From NCBI GenBank assembly GCA_964526345.1, contig CAZGKI010000010.1:19958-83957 (forward strand): 64,000 nucleotides of DNA. Direction: 5' to 3'. The DNA is from an uncultured Rikenellaceae bacterium (GTDB taxonomy: Bacteria; Bacteroidota; Bacteroidia; Bacteroidales; VadinHA17). Below, in pieces: positions 27,981-38,613 of the stretch. Every line of letters starts with the position of its first letter. Position 1 is the first letter of the stretch. A program made the position numbers and the translations under genes. The notes below the pieces were generated by a model. That model did no database searches and was not told where the DNA came from. It worked only from the letters and a program-made list of their open reading frames with translations.

Positions 27981-29720
27981 ATGGAAAACTTCATAGTATC
28001 AGCAAGAAAATACAGACCTGCCACTTTCGACATGGTTGTCGGCCAGGATACAATTACAAATACACTCAAGAATGCCATTAAAAACAATCATCTGACCCAA
28101 TCTTATCTGTTTTGCGGACCCAGGGGGGTGGGTAAGACGACATGTGCCAGGATTTTTGCCAAGACCATAAATTGCAGTAATCTGAAAGAAAATGGAGAAG
28201 CGTGTGATAAGTGCGAATCATGTATCTCTTTTAATACGCTCAGGTCGTTTAATATTCATGAGCTTGATGCAGCCTCCAACAATAAAGTTGAAGATATCAG
28301 AAGCCTGAACGACCAGATAAGGATACCACCTCAGATTGGTAGATACAGCATATACATTATTGATGAGGTTCATATGCTCTCATCCTCTGCATTCAATGCT
28401 TTCCTGAAGACACTTGAAGAACCTCCTTCGCATGCTATCTTCATCCTGGCAACTACTGAAAAGCATAAGATCATTCCTACAATATTGTCGCGTTGCCAGA
28501 TTTTTGATTTCAACAGGATCAGGGTAGAGGATATGGTAGGCAGACTGACATATGTTGCAAAGAACGAGGCAGTAACAGCTGAGGAGGAAGCTCTGCATAT
28601 TATTGCCCAGAAAGCTGATGGAGCTCTCAGGGACGCTTTGTCGATTTTTGACCAGATAGTTAGTCTGTGCGGAAAAAATGTAACTTACCAAGATGTAATA
28701 GCTAACCTGAATGTTCTGGACTATGAATATTATTTTAAAAGTGTTGACGGAGCTCTGGAAGGAGATGTATCAACAGTTTTACTCACTTTTAACGAAATAC
28801 TGGAAAAGGGATTTGATGGTCATAACTTTGTCTCGGGTTTGAACAGCCATTTGCGCGACCTTCTTGTCAGCAAGGATGAATCAACATTGAGGCTTCTGGA
28901 GACAACACCGGCTGTAAGACAGCGATACCTGATACAGTCTTCCAACTGTCCGGTCGAATTTCTTTACAAGGCCCTGGAAGCAGGAAGCAACTGCGATATC
29001 TCATACAAAATCAGTAAGAATCCCCGGCTGCATGTTGAACTATTCCTGATCCGTATGTGCCGTCTTTCAGATGAACCTTCTGAGGAGGCAGAAAAAAAAA
29101 AGTTACAGCTGAATAAAAGCGAAAAAGAACTCAAGCTGCCATCAAAATCTGAGATAATACGTGAATCTGAGGAACCTGTTAAAAATATGGCAGGAAGTGA
29201 AGAGAAGACTTCCAGCCATATGCCGGTAATTGAAAAACCTGCCAGGACTTTTTCAATTAAGGAGATTATTTCAGAAACCATGGAGCCGGAAACAAAAGTA
29301 TCTTCAACCGTTGAAAGTCAAAATGACATCGATGCAGAATTTCCCGGGAACAAATTAGACTTCACTCCCGGAAATATTTCTTCTGTCTGGATGGAATTCA
29401 TCAAAACGCTCAGCAGCGAAGGTCCCAGAATAGTTAGCATGTTTAAATCAATAGTACCTGAGATGGAAGATGAGCATACCTTAAAGGTACATTTAAGCAA
29501 CGCTGCACAAAAAGATCTATTCATCCAGAATTATAAACAGAGGCTTTTAAATTATTTGGGTGACAAATTTGCCGATCCCGAACTCGAAATTGAAACAATT
29601 GTGGATCTGTCAGATACAAATGATTTACTTTATACCGATGAACAAAAGTATAACTACCTTCAAAAAAAATATCCTGTTTTGAAAGATTTTAAAAAAACAT
29701 TTAACCTTGATATTACTTGA
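27981..29720 (+). CDS. dnaX: DNA polymerase III subunit tau (gamma/tau)
   Basis: 'ARKYRPATFDMVVGQ', Walker A 'GPRGVGKTT', Zn module 'CSNLKENGEACDKCESC', 'IIDEVHML' and sensor 'TILSRCQIFDF'. Confidence 0.9.
   Translation: MENFIVSARKYRPATFDMVVGQDTITNTLKNAIKNNHLTQSYLFCGPRGVGKTTCARIFAKTINCSNLKENGEACDKCESCISFNTLRSFNIHELDAASNNKVEDIRSLNDQIRIPPQIGRYSIYIIDEVHMLSSSAFNAFLKTLEEPPSHAIFILATTEKHKIIPTILSRCQIFDFNRIRVEDMVGRLTYVAKNEAVTAEEEALHIIAQKADGALRDALSIFDQIVSLCGKNVTYQDVIANLNVLDYEYYFKSVDGALEGDVSTVLLTFNEILEKGFDGHNFVSGLNSHLRDLLVSKDESTLRLLETTPAVRQRYLIQSSNCPVEFLYKALEAGSNCDISYKISKNPRLHVELFLIRMCRLSDEPSEEAEKKKLQLNKSEKELKLPSKSEIIRESEEPVKNMAGSEEKTSSHMPVIEKPARTFSIKEIISETMEPETKVSSTVESQNDIDAEFPGNKLDFTPGNISSVWMEFIKTLSSEGPRIVSMFKSIVPEMEDEHTLKVHLSNAAQKDLFIQNYKQRLLNYLGDKFADPELEIETIVDLSDTNDLLYTDEQKYNYLQKKYPVLKDFKKTFNLDIT
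29092..29116 (+). other. Candidate recoding site in dnaX: A10 run containing an in-phase A_AAA_AAG heptamer, followed by stops in both alternative frames
   Basis: Zero frame is GAA AAA AAA AAG TTA. The -1 frame reads GTT ACA GCT GAA TAA. The +1 frame reads AGT TAC AGC TGA. See findings. Confidence 0.4.
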
Positions 29721-29765
29721 TAAAGAGCTTAAGTCATCTAATAGATTAATATATAATTTAAAAAG

Positions 29766-31688
29766 GTGAAGCAGAACACTGCAAGACATTCTGGTGATGA
29801 TGATCTAAACTTTCTGAAAAGAGAAAAATATTTTTCTGATCATATTATAGACCATTCCAGGTCTATGATTAGCATTATAAACCGTGATTATGTTTATGAA
29901 AAAGTTAACTCTTCTTTCTGCAATGCTCATAAAGAAGTAACTGACTCAATCGTTGGAAAAACACTCGGGGATGTATGGGGTCATGAGATATTCGTTACAA
30001 AGATCAAGCATAATATCGACAAATGTTTTTCTGGTGCCACAGTCAGGTATGAAGCATCATTTACAACACCCCGGTCGGGTGTAAGGTTTTATGAAGTGAT
30101 CTTCCGTCCCTTCCCGGTGGAATCGGGCGAGATAACACATCTGCTTGCTGAAACCTTTGATATAACTGATCTTAAGTTATCGGAAAAAATAGCAACCGAA
30201 AAAGAGGAGGAATTCAGGAAGTTTGAAACAAACCTGCCCATTGGCTTCATAAGATGTCAGCCTGATGGTACAATAATCCATGTTAATAAATCTTTTGTTT
30301 TAATCCTTGATTGTGAAAAGGAAGATGCAATTTGCTTTAGAAACCTCAGGAGTTATTACGTAGAGGAGAGGATTTTCGAAATGCATATTGAGCAGCTCCT
30401 TGGTGGAAAACCTAAATATTTTGGCAGGGTTCCGCTAAAGACCTGCAGGGGCAATGAGATTGTGTGTAGAATAAGTGGATTCATGACTGTTAACGATCCT
30501 GAAATCCCCTCTTATATAGATTTTGCTATTGAGGACTCATCGCGTGAGCTGATGCTGGAAAACCGTCTTCTGGAAGCACAGAAGCTTGAAACCATTGGAG
30601 CTCTTGCAGGAGGCATAGCTCACGATTTTAATAATATACTTACCACTATATCAGGTTATTCTGAATTATTACAGGACGATCTTCCGAAATCTTCTCCATC
30701 GGCCCAGAAAGTCGCAAAGATAAGGATGGCTGTTTCCAAAGCCAGGTCGCTTACAAACCAGATACTTACATTCAGCAGACAGATGGAGCAGGAAAAAGTA
30801 TCTGTAAATGTATATGATGTTCTTAAAGAGACTATAGGCTTCGTTAAATCTTCAGTACCTTCAAACATCAGTGTAAGGAGCAACTTCAGGAGGATCGAAG
30901 CACCGGTTTATGCTGACCCGACACAGCTCTTCAGGGTGTTCCTGAACCTGATCACCAATGCTGTACAGTCCCTGGAAAACAGGAAAGGCACTATTTTTAT
31001 TAATATGGAAGTAGTGGAAGGGAGAAATGTACAAAACGAAATGAACAAAAATATTGTTGCAGATGAATATGTACAGATAACTTTCAGGGATACAGGAAAA
31101 GGTATGGACCAATCATTGATGAGGAGAATATTTGAACCTTTCTTCACTACCCGGGAAGTTGGAAAGGGATCAGGGCTGGGTTTATCAGTTGTTCATGGCA
31201 TTGTATCAGAAATAGGAGGAGAGATACTCGTTTCAAGTGAAAAAGACAAAGGATCATCTTTTTACATTTATCTTCCTGTCTCAAGGGAAACCATTAACGG
31301 GACGGGCAAGAGTGGCAGGAGAAAAAAGATTTTGTTTATAACAGGTAACAGGCATGAATCACGAATATTATCACTGGCATTAAATAACACAGGTTATGAA
31401 ATGATACAGTCATGCGAACCCGTGCATTTTAATAAGGTTTTAACTGATCCAAAGCAAAAGCCTGATCTTGTTATATATATGAGCGATTCGGAATTAATAA
31501 AGGCCGAAGACCTACTTGTAGCTTTTAAGAACTCCGAAATAAATATACCCTGCATCCTTGTAACTGATTCAAATGTCGGTTTAATGGAAGAAAAATTATT
31601 AAATTCGGGGATTATTAAACAGCATCTGATAAAACCGGTTTCACTTAAGGAAATAAAAAACGCAATACAATTGTCTATTAACAGTTAA
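29766..31688 (+). CDS. PAS-domain sensor histidine kinase with a C-terminal degenerate receiver-like domain
   Basis: H-box 'GGIAHDFNNILT', N-box 'FLNLITNAVQS', G1 'RDTGKGM' and G2 'GKGSGLGLSVV'. The C-terminal ~125 aa are REC-like but read 'ILFITGN' where the acidic pair is expected. GTG start. Confidence 0.85.
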   Translation: MKQNTARHSGDDDLNFLKREKYFSDHIIDHSRSMISIINRDYVYEKVNSSFCNAHKEVTDSIVGKTLGDVWGHEIFVTKIKHNIDKCFSGATVRYEASFTTPRSGVRFYEVIFRPFPVESGEITHLLAETFDITDLKLSEKIATEKEEEFRKFETNLPIGFIRCQPDGTIIHVNKSFVLILDCEKEDAICFRNLRSYYVEERIFEMHIEQLLGGKPKYFGRVPLKTCRGNEIVCRISGFMTVNDPEIPSYIDFAIEDSSRELMLENRLLEAQKLETIGALAGGIAHDFNNILTTISGYSELLQDDLPKSSPSAQKVAKIRMAVSKARSLTNQILTFSRQMEQEKVSVNVYDVLKETIGFVKSSVPSNISVRSNFRRIEAPVYADPTQLFRVFLNLITNAVQSLENRKGTIFINMEVVEGRNVQNEMNKNIVADEYVQITFRDTGKGMDQSLMRRIFEPFFTTREVGKGSGLGLSVVHGIVSEIGGEILVSSEKDKGSSFYIYLPVSRETINGTGKSGRRKKILFITGNRHESRILSLALNNTGYEMIQSCEPVHFNKVLTDPKQKPDLVIYMSDSELIKAEDLLVAFKNSEINIPCILVTDSNVGLMEEKLLNSGIIKQHLIKPVSLKEIKNAIQLSINS

Positions 31689-31699
31689 GGATATCAGAA

Positions 31700-32107
31700 A
31701 TGAATATCCTGAGAAATCAATATCCAATGCCAGGAATATTATTAGTTGAAGATGATAACGACCTGAGAGAAATGCTTAAAGATACTCTCAGCAGAAAAAA
31801 TTTTACTGTTCTTGAAGCTAAAAACGGGAGGGATGCAATAATGCATTTCAAACCAGCTGTTATCGACCTGGTAGTCACGGATCTTATAATGCCTGAAGAA
31901 GATGGTCTGAAAGTTATAATGAGATTAAGGGAAATGAAACCGGGTTTAAAGATAATTGCAATTTCCGGAGGAGGTAAAGCTGGTCCGGGCAGTTATCTTA
32001 ACCTTGCCAGAGCCCTTGGGGCCGACGCTATTTACTCAAAGCCATTTTCAATAAACGATTTGATAACCAAAATTGAGGAATTGCTTGTTGGTGAACAACA
32101 GGGTTAA
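31700..32107 (+). CDS. Stand-alone response regulator receiver (CheY-like, no output domain)
   Basis: 'ILLVEDDNDL', 'DLVVTDLIMPEEDG', 'IIAISG' and 'KPFSINDL' are canonical REC residues. 135 aa. Confidence 0.85.
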   Translation: MNILRNQYPMPGILLVEDDNDLREMLKDTLSRKNFTVLEAKNGRDAIMHFKPAVIDLVVTDLIMPEEDGLKVIMRLREMKPGLKIIAISGGGKAGPGSYLNLARALGADAIYSKPFSINDLITKIEELLVGEQQG

Positions 32108-32145
32108 CTAAAATGTTATAATCAAAACCAATAAATATAATTGTT

Positions 32146-32655
32146 ATGTTAAAAAAGAAAGTAGAAGATATTTGCAACAGACAGGTTGAAAGAGAAGGTT
32201 ATTCATCAAATCTCTATTTAGCGATGGCCTCATGGGCTGAGACAAATGGATTTGCCGGTGTCGCACAGTGGTTATATATTCAGTCAGATGAAGAGAGGAT
32301 CCACATGCTTAAATTTATCAAATACATTAATGAACGGGGAGGGAAAGCCATAATGCCAGCAATGAAAAAACCTCCTGTAGATTATAAAGGTGTAGAAGAT
32401 TTATTCAAAGATGTTCTTAAGCACGAGGAATTTGTGACAGCAAGCATAAATGAGATTGTTGCACTGACTCTTGCTGAAAAAGATTTCAACACAAATAATT
32501 TCGTTCAGTGGTTTGTTACAGAACAGGTTGAAGAGGAAGCTTCTGTTAGGACTATTCTTGATAAATTGCATCTGGTAGGCAAAAATAATATGTATCAGTT
32601 CGACAGGGATATTTCGAGCCTCAGAGCTTCGTCTACCACTGCTCAGACAACTTGA
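32146..32655 (+). CDS. Non-heme ferritin
   Basis: 'QVEREGYSSNLYLAMASW' and 'QSDEERIHMLKFIKYINERGG' are ferritin di-iron site helices. Confidence 0.85.
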   Translation: MLKKKVEDICNRQVEREGYSSNLYLAMASWAETNGFAGVAQWLYIQSDEERIHMLKFIKYINERGGKAIMPAMKKPPVDYKGVEDLFKDVLKHEEFVTASINEIVALTLAEKDFNTNNFVQWFVTEQVEEEASVRTILDKLHLVGKNNMYQFDRDISSLRASSTTAQTT

Positions 32656-35114
32656 TGAAAAAACTGATATTTTTCTGTATCAATCTTTATCTTTTATCAT
32701 CCTTTTCTCAGCTATTTGCTCAGAAACTGGAAAAACATTCAGTTATTACGAGCTATTGTTATGCAGGAGATAAGGTAAACAGAATTTACATCCCCCCGCC
32801 AAAGGAATTCTTTCAAAAGAAAGGAATTAAGGGAGGGGCTACTGTTAAATTCCACTATACTGGTTTTTCGCAAACAGCAATAAATGCAATGGAATATGCT
32901 GGTTCCATTCTTGAGGTAATGCTGCCTCCTGATGTACACATAGATATAATTGCATCCTGGAGTGACCTGGGTTCTTCAGGCATACTGGCACAAGCAGCTG
33001 CAACAGGATATGCCCCGGGCTGGGGTATAGATGCCCAAAAACCATATGCCTTTTATCCGGCTGCACTCGCTGAGAAAATTTCAGGGCAAAGTCTTAATGC
33101 CGCGAGGGACGGAGATATTGAATTATATGTGAACAGTTCAATAAGCTGGTATCTTGGAACAGATGGTAATACACCTACACTAAAATATGATCTTGTAACT
33201 GTTGTTATTCATGAATTAATACATGGACTGGGCTTTTTTGATAGTTTTCTTGTCGATGCCACTACCGGATCCTATGGATCTAACACAATTCCAGTGATTT
33301 ATGACACATTTGTAGAGGATCTGACTGGAAAGAAACTGACTGATACACTATTATTCCAGAATCCTTCCGCTGCCTTGAAAAGTGAACTTACAAGCGGAAA
33401 TCTCTATTTTAACGGCCCTCTTCTGAGCACCTATACTTCCGGATCGAGAGCAAAGCTTTGGGCTCCTGCAACATTTGATGAGGGGTCGAGTGTTTCACAT
33501 CTTGATGAAAACGCTGTACTGAAAATAAATTCTCTGATGACACCTTATATCGACAGGGGAGAAGCTATTCATGATCCGGGGAAATATACCTTCTCGATAC
33601 TGGCTGACCTGGGTTGGATAAACACCCGAATTATCCATACACCTTCAAAGGACACTGAGGAACATGTATCTGAAGTGGCTGTTTCTGCTTCAATAAAATC
33701 AGATACAACGTATAATCATAACAGCGTTGGAGTGGTTTGGTCATTCGACAATTTCAGCTCCAGCGACACAACATATATGGTATCACCACAATCAGATAAT
33801 AATTATATGGCGGTAATACCGGTATCAGGCTATGAGAAAAAGCTCGAATACTATCTTTTTACCGAAGATCGATTCTTGCGGACTTACAGATCCCCATCAT
33901 TCATCCCGAAATTTTTTCACACCGTTTATATAGGAATTGATACTGTAAAACCTGTAATTACTTACACACCTCCGGATTATTATTTTGAATTGATCGACTC
34001 AGTAAGATTCAACGCAAAAATTACTGATAATCTTGGTATTGATACTGTCTATATTGAATATAAAATTAATAACGAACCTTCCCGTTTTATTGGATTAGAG
34101 CCTGGCAATAATGATATTTACAGCAACGCCTTAAAAACTAAAAATATTGGATGGGCGGGTGGAGATTCATTACAATACAGAATTATAACACGCGACAAAG
34201 CAGCTGCTGTTAACCAGAGGGTATTGCCTGCTTCAGGATTCTTTTCCGTGAAGGTTGAAACTGTTAAGCAGGTGCAGGAAAGCTATTCTACTGATTTCTC
34301 AGATGCTTTCACCGACTTTTACAATGAGGGATTTCAGATCCTGAAACCTGCCGGATTCTCACAATACGGACTTAATACGCCGCACCCTTATATAAGCCCT
34401 GAAGAGAGCGGAGACAGCATTGGTTATGAGTCAACATTAAGGATACCGGTAGTTTTTGATGGCAGTGGAATGATCCTGAGTTATGATGAAGAAGTACTTG
34501 TCGAACCTGGTGAAACAGGTTCCGTGTATGGATCAAAATATTTTTATGATTATGTGATTGTTGAGGGTTCAGTGGATTTTGGCCGAACCTGGTTCAGCCT
34601 TACTGATGGTTATGACAGCCGTTATACTGATGCCTGGGAAGAAGCTTATTTAAGTTCGACGGACGAACAAAACTCAATCTTTATTGGAAATGAATCTTTG
34701 TTAAGAAAACATACCATCTTTCTGAATGGATCTACAAACTTGTCTGTGGGTGATACATTGATGGTCCGTTTCAGAATATTTTCTGATCCTTATGCAAATG
34801 GGTGGGGCTGGGTTATCGAAGATCTGCATCTGGGACCTATTATTGACCAGGTTGAAGATATTGTTTATAAGCCCGCTATAATATACCCCAATCCGGGTAA
34901 TGGTATGATGAGAATAAAACAACCAGATGATGTGAGTGCTAAACCCGTGAGATACAGTGTTTTCAATACAACAGGTACCTGCCTTCTCACTGGGATAAGC
35001 GATGGAGGAACTGAGTTTGAACTAAATATTTCCCGATATCCTTCCGGTCTTTATTTCATTGTGCTCTATAATGATGGCGGAATCAGTGCCCTGAAATACA
35101 GCCTGATTAAATAG
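32655..35114 (+). CDS. Secreted zinc metalloprotease-like protein with a T9SS C-terminal sorting domain
   Basis: Leader 'MKKLIFFCINLYLLSSFSQLFAQ'. Motif 'HELIHGLGFFD' (HExxHxxGxxD, nt 33210-33242). The C-terminal ~80 aa ('IIYPNPGNGMMRIK...GLYFIVLYNDGG...') are a T9SS CTD. The ATG overlaps the ferritin stop (TGATG). Confidence 0.7.
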   Translation: MKKLIFFCINLYLLSSFSQLFAQKLEKHSVITSYCYAGDKVNRIYIPPPKEFFQKKGIKGGATVKFHYTGFSQTAINAMEYAGSILEVMLPPDVHIDIIASWSDLGSSGILAQAAATGYAPGWGIDAQKPYAFYPAALAEKISGQSLNAARDGDIELYVNSSISWYLGTDGNTPTLKYDLVTVVIHELIHGLGFFDSFLVDATTGSYGSNTIPVIYDTFVEDLTGKKLTDTLLFQNPSAALKSELTSGNLYFNGPLLSTYTSGSRAKLWAPATFDEGSSVSHLDENAVLKINSLMTPYIDRGEAIHDPGKYTFSILADLGWINTRIIHTPSKDTEEHVSEVAVSASIKSDTTYNHNSVGVVWSFDNFSSSDTTYMVSPQSDNNYMAVIPVSGYEKKLEYYLFTEDRFLRTYRSPSFIPKFFHTVYIGIDTVKPVITYTPPDYYFELIDSVRFNAKITDNLGIDTVYIEYKINNEPSRFIGLEPGNNDIYSNALKTKNIGWAGGDSLQYRIITRDKAAAVNQRVLPASGFFSVKVETVKQVQESYSTDFSDAFTDFYNEGFQILKPAGFSQYGLNTPHPYISPEESGDSIGYESTLRIPVVFDGSGMILSYDEEVLVEPGETGSVYGSKYFYDYVIVEGSVDFGRTWFSLTDGYDSRYTDAWEEAYLSSTDEQNSIFIGNESLLRKHTIFLNGSTNLSVGDTLMVRFRIFSDPYANGWGWVIEDLHLGPIIDQVEDIVYKPAIIYPNPGNGMMRIKQPDDVSAKPVRYSVFNTTGTCLLTGISDGGTEFELNISRYPSGLYFIVLYNDGGISALKYSLIK

Positions 35115-35240
35115 TAAGTATATTCATTTAGATTATTAATCTGCCACTATATAATTCGGCAAGGTTATTGTATTTGTTTTTTCTTGTTATTTGCACCTTT
35201 TTAAACAAAAAAATCCTTATCCGTTATTGGAAAAATAAAC

Positions 35241-35248
35241 TAATTTTG
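35241..35248 (+). promoter_or_regulatory. Bacteroidota-type -7 promoter box (TAATTTTG)
   Basis: Exact TAnnTTTG match 35 nt upstream of the secA ATG. Confidence 0.5.
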
Positions 35249-35282
35249 CGTGATATTTTAAAATTCTGTAAAATACTTTAAA

Positions 35283-38200
35283 ATGAGCCTTATAAATAAT
35301 ATACTGGGTCTTTTTCTGGGGAATAAATATGAGAGGGATATAAAGGAGATAAATCCCTATGTGGAAAGGATACACCTTGAATTTGAAAAGCTTAAGGACC
35401 TCACGAACGATCAGCTACGAGATAAAACACTTGAAGTTAAAAAGGAGATCCTCAAATATATCGAGGAAGATGAAACTGAGATAAAATCTCTTAAAGAAAA
35501 GTCTGAATCTGAAGATGATGTTTATACCAAGGAAGAGATTTATAACGAAATTGATAAAATTGAAAAACGCATTGATGAAAAGCTGGAGACAGTACTCGAT
35601 CAATTTGTTCCTGTGGCGTTTGCAATAGTCAAAGAAACTGCCAGGAGATTCAAGGAAAACAGTGTACTGGAGGTCACTGCAAGGCAATACGACAAGGACC
35701 TGGCAGCAGCAAGGGAAAGCATTAATGTCAAAGGCGACAGAGCATACTGGAATAATAAATGGATAGCAGGAGGCAATGAGATCCTCTGGGATATGGTTCA
35801 TTATGATGTTCAGCTTATCGGAGGAGTGGCTCTGCACAAAGGCAAGATAGCAGAAATGAGCACAGGAGAAGGAAAAACTCTTGTTGCAACTCTTCCCGTT
35901 TTTCTTAATGCACTCGCCGGCCGCGGTGTGCATATTGTAACCGTCAACGATTACCTTTCAAAACGCGACTCGGAGTGGATGGGACCCATATATGAGTTTC
36001 ATGGTCTCTCTGTAGATTGTATTGATAAACACCAGCCTAATTCGCAGGACAGGCGTAAAGCATATAATGCTGATATAACATTTGGAACTAATAATGAGTT
36101 TGGTTTCGACTACCTCAGGGATAATATGGCGATCAACCCTGAAGATCTTGTTCAGAGAAAGCATCATTATGCTATCGTCGATGAAGTCGACTCAGTACTT
36201 ATCGACGATGCACGTACTCCGCTTATAATTTCAGGTCCTACGGCAAAAAGCGACACACAGCAGTTTGATGAGCTGAAACCCAAAGTCGACAAACTGGTAA
36301 ATGCCCAGAAAAAACTTGTTACTCAAATACTTGCCGACTCTAAAAAACTTATTGCCGAAGATAAAAATGATGAGGGAGGCTTGCTGCTGCTCAGGGCGTT
36401 TAAAGGACTGCCAAAAAACAATGCTCTCATTAAATACCTGAGTGAAGAAGGTAATAAATCGCTTCTGCAGAAAACCGAGAACTTTTACATGCAGAATAAC
36501 AGCAAGGATATGCCTAAAGTGACCGATGAGCTCTACTTCATAATTGATGAAAAAGCAAATTCTATCGAACTCACTGAAAAGGGACTTGATCTTATTTCAA
36601 CATCGGTAGAAGATTCCAGCTTCTTCATACTTCCCGATGTTGGATCTATGATAGCTGACCTTGAAAAATCGGATCAAAGTGAAAGAGAGATATTTAAACT
36701 AAAAGATGAACTCCTGCAGGATTATTCAGTCAAATCGGAGAGGGTTCATACGATGACACAGTTGCTTAAGGCATGGACCCTGTTCGACCGCGACACGGAA
36801 TATGTGGTGATGGATAATAAAGTAAAAATTGTCGATGAACAGACAGGAAGGATCCTTGAGGGCAGGCGATATTCGGACGGCCTTCACCAGGCAATTGAAG
36901 CAAAAGAGAATGTTAAGGTGGAAGCTGCAACCCAGACTTATGCAACCATCACTCTGCAGAACTATTTCAGGATGTATCACAAGCTGGCAGGTATGACAGG
37001 TACAGCAGAAACAGAAGCCGGTGAGTTCTGGAATATCTATAAGCTCGATGTGGTTGTAATACCGACAAACAGACCTGTAATAAGGACCGACCGTGAAGAC
37101 ATAGTCTACAAGACCAAACGGGAAAAATATAACGCCGTAATTGACGAAATATCGCAGATGAACAAGCAGGGCAGACCTGTCCTCGTAGGAACTACTTCTG
37201 TCGAAATATCCGAATTGCTCAGCAGGATGTTAAAAATGAAAGGACTCAGGCATAACGTGCTGAATGCAAAACTGCACCAGCGCGAAGCAGAGATTGTGGC
37301 AGAAGCAGGTAAAGCAGGTACAATAACAATAGCAACAAACATGGCTGGCCGCGGGACGGATATAAAGCTTAACGAAGAGGTCAGGCAAGCCGGAGGACTT
37401 GCAATTATAGGAACAGAAAGGCATGAATCACGAAGGGTTGACAGGCAGCTGCGGGGGCGTTCGGGAAGACAGGGAGATCCGGGATCATCACAATTCTTTG
37501 TATCTCTCGAGGATGAACTGATGAGGCTGTTTGGTTCAGAAAGGATCGCTGGTATAATGGATAAGCTTGGGCTGAAGGACGGGGAAATGATACAGCATCA
37601 GATGATCACGAAATCAATTGAGCGGGCGCAGAAAAAAGTCGAGGAGAATAATTTTGGTATCCGAAAAAGACTCCTTGAATATGACGATGTTATGAACTCA
37701 CAGCGTGAGGTTATTTACAAGAAAAGACGGCATGCACTGCTGGGAGAACGGGTTAGTGTGGATGTGGCGAACTCAATGTATGATGTTACTGCTACCCTTG
37801 TTGACAGCTATCATAGAGATGGTGATTTTGAAGGCTTCGACTTTGATCTTATCCGTTCATTTTCAATGGATTCACCAGTGCCCATGGCTGAATTTCTGAA
37901 AAGTTCTCCTGATGCTGTGATTGACCAGGTATATGCCAAAGTACTTGACACTTATAAAAGGAAAGTGGAGACTATATCACAACAGGCTTATCCTGTTCTG
38001 AAAGATGTATATGAACGGATGTCGCATGTTTATGAAAATGTCGTAGTCCCTATTTCTGATGGCGTAAAAGTTTTCCAGGTTATAACTAACCTTAAGGCAA
38101 CCGCAGAGTCCGAGGGAAAAGAACTGGCTAAAGCGTATGAGAAAACCGTCGTCCTTTCAACTATCGACGATGCATGGAAAGAGCACCTTCGTGAGATGGA

Positions 38201-38606
38201 TGAACTGAAGCAATCTGTGCAGAATGCTACCTATGAACAAAAAGATCCGCTTCTGGTTTACAAATTTGAGTCATACGAGCTCTTCAAAACGATGATCAAT
38301 CAGATTAATAAGGATGTTGTAAGCACTCTGATGAAAGGCCATATTCCAACTCAGGATCCCGAACAGGTAAAAGAGGCTCAACGCCGCAGGCAGGTTGAAA
38401 ATCTCAAGACCTCAAGATCTGATTCATCTCAATTTGGCAGTGCATCTGGCGGAGGACAGGACAAAGACAGGAAGACAGAACCTGTAAGAGTCGATAAAAA
38501 GGTAGGCAGGAACGATCCCTGTCCCTGCGGTAGCGGTAAGAAATACAAGCAGTGCCATGGTATGCAACAGGGAGCCGGCGGCCAGAGTGCCAGACCAAAC
38601 AACTAG
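35283..38606 (+). CDS. secA: Preprotein translocase ATPase SecA
   Basis: Walker A '[14 protein letters not shown]', '[21 protein letters not shown]', 'GRGTDIKL' and '[14 protein letters not shown]'. C-terminal Zn finger '[14 protein letters not shown]'. Confidence 0.97.
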   Translation: MSLINNILGLFLGNKYERDIKEINPYVERIHLEFEKLKDLTNDQLRDKTLEVKKEILKYIEEDETEIKSLKEKSESEDDVYTKEEIYNEIDKIEKRIDEKLETVLDQFVPVAFAIVKETARRFKENSVLEVTARQYDKDLAAARESINVKGDRAYWNNKWIAGGNEILWDMVHYDVQLIGGVALHKGKIAEMSTGEGKTLVATLPVFLNALAGRGVHIVTVNDYLSKRDSEWMGPIYEFHGLSVDCIDKHQPNSQDRRKAYNADITFGTNNEFGFDYLRDNMAINPEDLVQRKHHYAIVDEVDSVLIDDARTPLIISGPTAKSDTQQFDELKPKVDKLVNAQKKLVTQILADSKKLIAEDKNDEGGLLLLRAFKGLPKNNALIKYLSEEGNKSLLQKTENFYMQNNSKDMPKVTDELYFIIDEKANSIELTEKGLDLISTSVEDSSFFILPDVGSMIADLEKSDQSEREIFKLKDELLQDYSVKSERVHTMTQLLKAWTLFDRDTEYVVMDNKVKIVDEQTGRILEGRRYSDGLHQAIEAKENVKVEAATQTYATITLQNYFRMYHKLAGMTGTAETEAGEFWNIYKLDVVVIPTNRPVIRTDREDIVYKTKREKYNAVIDEISQMNKQGRPVLVGTTSVEISELLSRMLKMKGLRHNVLNAKLHQREAEIVAEAGKAGTITIATNMAGRGTDIKLNEEVRQAGGLAIIGTERHESRRVDRQLRGRSGRQGDPGSSQFFVSLEDELMRLFGSERIAGIMDKLGLKDGEMIQHQMITKSIERAQKKVEENNFGIRKRLLEYDDVMNSQREVIYKKRRHALLGERVSVDVANSMYDVTATLVDSYHRDGDFEGFDFDLIRSFSMDSPVPMAEFLKSSPDAVIDQVYAKVLDTYKRKVETISQQAYPVLKDVYERMSHVYENVVVPISDGVKVFQVITNLKATAESEGKELAKAYEKTVVLSTIDDAWKEHLREMDELKQSVQNATYEQKDPLLVYKFESYELFKTMINQINKDVVSTLMKGHIPTQDPEQVKEAQRRRQVENLKTSRSDSSQFGSASGGGQDKDRKTEPVRVDKKVGRNDPCPCGSGKKYKQCHGMQQGAGGQSARPNN

Positions 38607-38613
38607 AGCACCT

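Noticed and set aside
35415-35933. 172-aa antisense ORF inside secA
   Set aside because: It overlaps the unmistakable SecA N-terminal motor region on the opposite strand. It is Cys/Phe-rich nonsense-like sequence.
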